From a virus (lineage: Duplodnaviria; Caudoviricetes), in IMG/VR virus record IMGVR_UViG_3300032290_000667, positions 1 through 48,518 of that record: DNA of 48,518 nucleotides; one strand, 5' to 3'. Shown here one piece after another: positions 45,435 through 48,518 of this stretch. The notes beneath the pieces are model-generated. The model ran no database searches and was not told the origin of the DNA. It saw nothing but the letters and a program-made list of their open reading frames with translations. Each line of letters begins with the position of its first letter. Within the stretch, counting starts at the first letter, position 1. Both the position numbers and the translations under genes were made by a program.

Positions 45435-48400
45435 ATGGCAAAAGACGATTTAATATTAAACGAAAAAGACAGAGCAAAGCTTGATGGAATTGTTAGTAAA
45501 ATGGTTGCTAACAAAGAGTCTGATGCTGATATTCAATTTGTTGTTAATGATTTTAAAAGCAAATATGGATTAAAAAAAAAAGAACCTACTCAATCGGATT
45601 TGGCAGCTGGCGAATCGTTATCTCCTTCTACGGAGGTTAAACCACCTAAGGTTGAGGCAGCTGATGAGACACTAGAAAAACCTGTATCTATTCTAGATCG
45701 ATACAAAGTAGGCGAAGGGCTTGATAGGGATAGGAAATTTGCGGAGCAAGATGTACTATCTAGGAAACCCATTCCGCCAAAATTTGAAAAAACAATAACA
45801 GTTTCAAAGGATCCAATATTTGGCCTTCCAGTCTACAAAGAAGAAAAAAAGGTAATAAAAGAAGAAAGACCAAAATTATCTCCTACAATAGAAAAATATG
45901 CTGGCACTGGAGTAAATGAAGTGGAATCTCAATTGGAGAAAGAGGCAAAAACAAAGTACCTTTGGGATTCAGTACAAAAAGATATTGATGAATCTTACAG
46001 TATTACTTCAAAAGAGCATTTTCGCAGACTATCTGGTGCTTTTGCCAATGCTTATCTTGATGAAGCTCAATTGCAAGAATATAGCTTTGTTCAAAACTTA
46101 AGAGATGCTGACGAGCGACTTAAGAGCGCTCAATCAGTATTAGAAAAGCACCCAAGTAACCCAGCAGCTCAATTAAGTTTAAGTAAAGCAATAGCTGACA
46201 AAGCTCAGCAGGAAGCTCAATATACTAAATTTAAGGAAGACAAGTATAAGCAAATTGACGCTGAAATTAAAGACCTTGAAGAAAAGATAAATCTTAACCC
46301 TATTACTTCAACTTATTGGGATGCGTTTCGTAGGGATGATTACATTAATAGAATCAAAGATCTTAAAGCTCAAAAAGAAAATTTCTTCTTAGACGAAAAT
46401 GCATTGATTCAAAAGAAATACTCTGAAAACAAATCAACTTTAGATAAATTTCAAATACCTGGCGATACACCAAGAGAAAGGTTGCAAAATTATTACTTGA
46501 CCTTAAACAAGGAAAGGGATTTAAAATTACAAAGGCTAAAAAATACATATGGCGAAGATGTATTTAAAAGTACTAGTGGAGCTACAATGGCTTCACTAGC
46601 ATCCTTTATAGGTACGGATGCTACTCTTGACAAATTTTTTGCTATAGAAGAAAAAATGAAATCTTTAGCACCTGCGGTGTTAATTAATAGAAATCCAGTT
46701 AAAGATGTAAATCAAGGCTTTTTTGAAACTACACTTAAAAATGCGGTGCAAACTATAGCTCCTGCCTCCCAATATGTAATTTCAAATCCTAGCGAATTAG
46801 CTAGTTACGTAAAAGAATCATTAGCTTTATCAAGTCTGCCAAACGATGTTTTATCAAAAGCAACAGGTAAAATTGTTTCAGAAAAAGCTAAAGGACCAGA
46901 ATCATACAATAAAGAATGGTGGGGTAATTTTATTGGTACTTCATTAGGTATGATTCCATACTTTACAGTTGGAACAGGTTTAGTAAAATCAGCTTCTGTT
47001 GCAATGGATTTTGCAAAAATTAGCAAATATTTAGCAGGCGCTAAGTTTGGTAAATACCTTGTTTCTTATCCCGTAATGACTGGATTGGGTTACAAAACCG
47101 CTGGTTATTTAATGCCAGCAAATTCATTGGTTAAAGATGAAGCAACTTTTTTATCTGGTTTTTTTGGTGGGTTAGGTGTAGTTGGTGTTAATAAACTAAT
47201 AAATACGAGGTATGTCACTCAAATGTTTAATAAACTATTTGGTGACAAAGCTGAGTCTATGGCATTAATGATTGCCAAGAGCGGTGAAAGAGTTGCTAAT
47301 GGTGTCGGTGAGACTTTTGAAGAGGCTGGTAATAATATTGGCCCAATGATAGACGCTTGGATTACAACGGAAGACTTTCAAAAATTAAAGTCAGATTTCA
47401 ATGAAAATTTTGGCTCTATGGATAAAAACTTAGAGTTATTTGTAGCTTCGTTTACTATGGGGGCTATTATGGGTCATGGCAATGTTTATGGTAAAACCGT
47501 TGATGCTAGAAGTAAAGATTATTACAATAATTTATCAGCTGAAGACAAAAAGAAAGCTGATTCTTTTGTAGAAAGATTAACTCAAGAAAGATACAACGCT
47601 ATGGTTGCGGCTAAAAAAGCCGAAATAAAAGAGACAGGTATTAAGCCAAAGCCAGTTACTGAAAAAGATTTAACTGACAAACAAGAAGCAATAAATGTTT
47701 TAACTAATCCACAGGCTGCACCAGATCAAAAGAAAGCTGCATTATCGGTATTGGCGGACGTTAATTTAAAAATCGAAAATGATAAATTAACTAAAGCAGC
47801 TGAGGCAGAATTAAAAGCTGGCAACACTTCAACGGAGGTTAAACCAGAGGATGCTGTTATGGAGCCTATTCCAAGCGCTGAGGGTACAATAACTACAAGC
47901 GAAGGAACAGTTAAGCCGACCTTTACCGAAACTAAAGTAGAGCCAGCTGTTTACGAAGAGTTTGTTAATACAGGCAATGTTCCTGATGCGGTATTAAAAG
48001 ATATTGCAACTAAAGTACAGGACAGAACAAAATTAACTGAAGAAGAACAAGCCATATTTGCAGGTAAAACTGCTGATATTAATAAAATCATCTCAACTGA
48101 TTTTGCTCAGAAAACTGAAGCAAAACCTTTGGCCGAGGGTGATCAAGTTCAACTTGAACCACAGATGAAAGGTGGTATGCCTAGAATCATGGAGTTCAAG
48201 GACAATACATGGCAACAAAAGGTAGGCAACGAATACACAGCAGTATCAAAAGAAGTACAACAAGAAGCACAAAATTTATATGATAGTCAAAACAAGCAAA
48301 GGGTATCAGGTGAAGTCGGAGTCGGGCAAGAACCTATCCAAACCAAACCTATCGAAGGAGGCCGCCAAGAAGCGCCTAGCCCAAGTGGAAATGTTCAAGC

Positions 48401-48518
48401 ACCTCAAGAAGTAGGTCCTGAAGTAGCTGGCACTGTGGAATTAAAGTCCATGGAAATGGCCAACAAAAATGTATCTAAGTTTTTACAAGACTCAGATATT
48501 GATATAAATATCCTAGAC
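45435..48518 (+). CDS. large ejection / polyvalent protein, 3'-truncated
   Basis: ATG at 45435, same frame open at the window end (1028 codons if uninterrupted); Gly-rich hydrophobic segments around 46.9-47.5 kb. Confidence 0.7.
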   Translation, partial: MAKDDLILNEKDRAKLDGIVSKMVANKESDADIQFVVNDFKSKYGLKKKEPTQSDLAAGESLSPSTEVKPPKVEAADETLEKPVSILDRYKVGEGLDRDRKFAEQDVLSRKPIPPKFEKTITVSKDPIFGLPVYKEEKKVIKEERPKLSPTIEKYAGTGVNEVESQLEKEAKTKYLWDSVQKDIDESYSITSKEHFRRLSGAFANAYLDEAQLQEYSFVQNLRDADERLKSAQSVLEKHPSNPAAQLSLSKAIADKAQQEAQYTKFKEDKYKQIDAEIKDLEEKINLNPITSTYWDAFRRDDYINRIKDLKAQKENFFLDENALIQKKYSENKSTLDKFQIPGDTPRERLQNYYLTLNKERDLKLQRLKNTYGEDVFKSTSGATMASLASFIGTDATLDKFFAIEEKMKSLAPAVLINRNPVKDVNQGFFETTLKNAVQTIAPASQYVISNPSELASYVKESLALSSLPNDVLSKATGKIVSEKAKGPESYNKEWWGNFIGTSLGMIPYFTVGTGLVKSASVAMDFAKISKYLAGAKFGKYLVSYPVMTGLGYKTAGYLMPANSLVKDEATFLSGFFGGLGVVGVNKLINTRYVTQMFNKLFGDKAESMALMIAKSGERVANGVGETFEEAGNNIGPMIDAWITTEDFQKLKSDFNENFGSMDKNLELFVASFTMGAIMGHGNVYGKTVDARSKDYYNNLSAEDKKKADSFVERLTQERYNAMVAAKKAEIKETGIKPKPVTEKDLTDKQEAINVLTNPQAAPDQKKAALSVLADVNLKIENDKLTKAAEAELKAGNTSTEVKPEDAVMEPIPSAEGTITTSEGTVKPTFTETKVEPAVYEEFVNTGNVPDAVLKDIATKVQDRTKLTEEEQAIFAGKTADINKIISTDFAQKTEAKPLAEGDQVQLEPQMKGGMPRIMEFKDNTWQQKVGNEYTAVSKEVQQEAQNLYDSQNKQRVSGEVGVGQEPIQTKPIEGGRQEAPSPSGNVQAPQEVGPEVAGTVELKSMEMANKNVSKFLQDSDIDINILD

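Noticed and set aside
45570-45582. A10 tract as a frameshift or phase-variation site
   Set aside because: It reads in frame (L-K-K-K-E) and no alternative product is evident.
1276-47026. Numerous short antisense ORFs in the track
   Set aside because: Shadow frames of well-supported genes on the opposite strand.
1-48518. Stop-codon reassignment as in some crAss-like phages
   Set aside because: Long genes are intact under the standard code, TAG and TGA end genes, and no suppressor tRNA is seen.
1-48518. CRISPR array, diversity-generating retroelement, retron or integrase
   Set aside because: No regularly spaced repeats, reverse transcriptase motifs or recombinase ORF were recognised.

Overview
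A 48.5 kb piece of a tailed dsDNA phage, most likely infecting a Bacteroidota host: TAnnTTTG promoters recur, Shine-Dalgarno sequences are largely missing, and the code is standard. A leftward arm (about 15.4 kb to 2.5 kb) carries many tiny early genes, a DUF932-like protein, an SSB/annealing-like protein, an AAA ATPase, an iteron-containing replication initiator, DnaB helicase and tRNA-Thr. A rightward arm (17.2 kb to the end) carries small hypothetical genes, a tandem GroES-like protein and a VRR-NUC nuclease. These are followed by a crAss-like podovirus module: terminase, portal, scaffold, major capsid, an embedded lysis cassette, tail ring/stabilization proteins and ejection proteins. The most unusual signals are non-coding. 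(1) Four armless tRNA mimics (acceptor stem + T-arm + NCCA-like end) and a complete type I hammerhead ribozyme sit at gene junctions of the early operon, downstream of a boxB/boxA-like leader, suggesting a modular RNA-punctuation system. (2) A promoter-driven, extensively paired ~340 nt RNA lies directly upstream of a small HNH gene between portal and scaffold. (3) The divergence region holds a Xer dif-like site, IHF-consensus boxes, G-tracts and a second copy of the initiator's 10-bp-period iterons. All protein calls are from motif recognition and gene order only; no searches were run.
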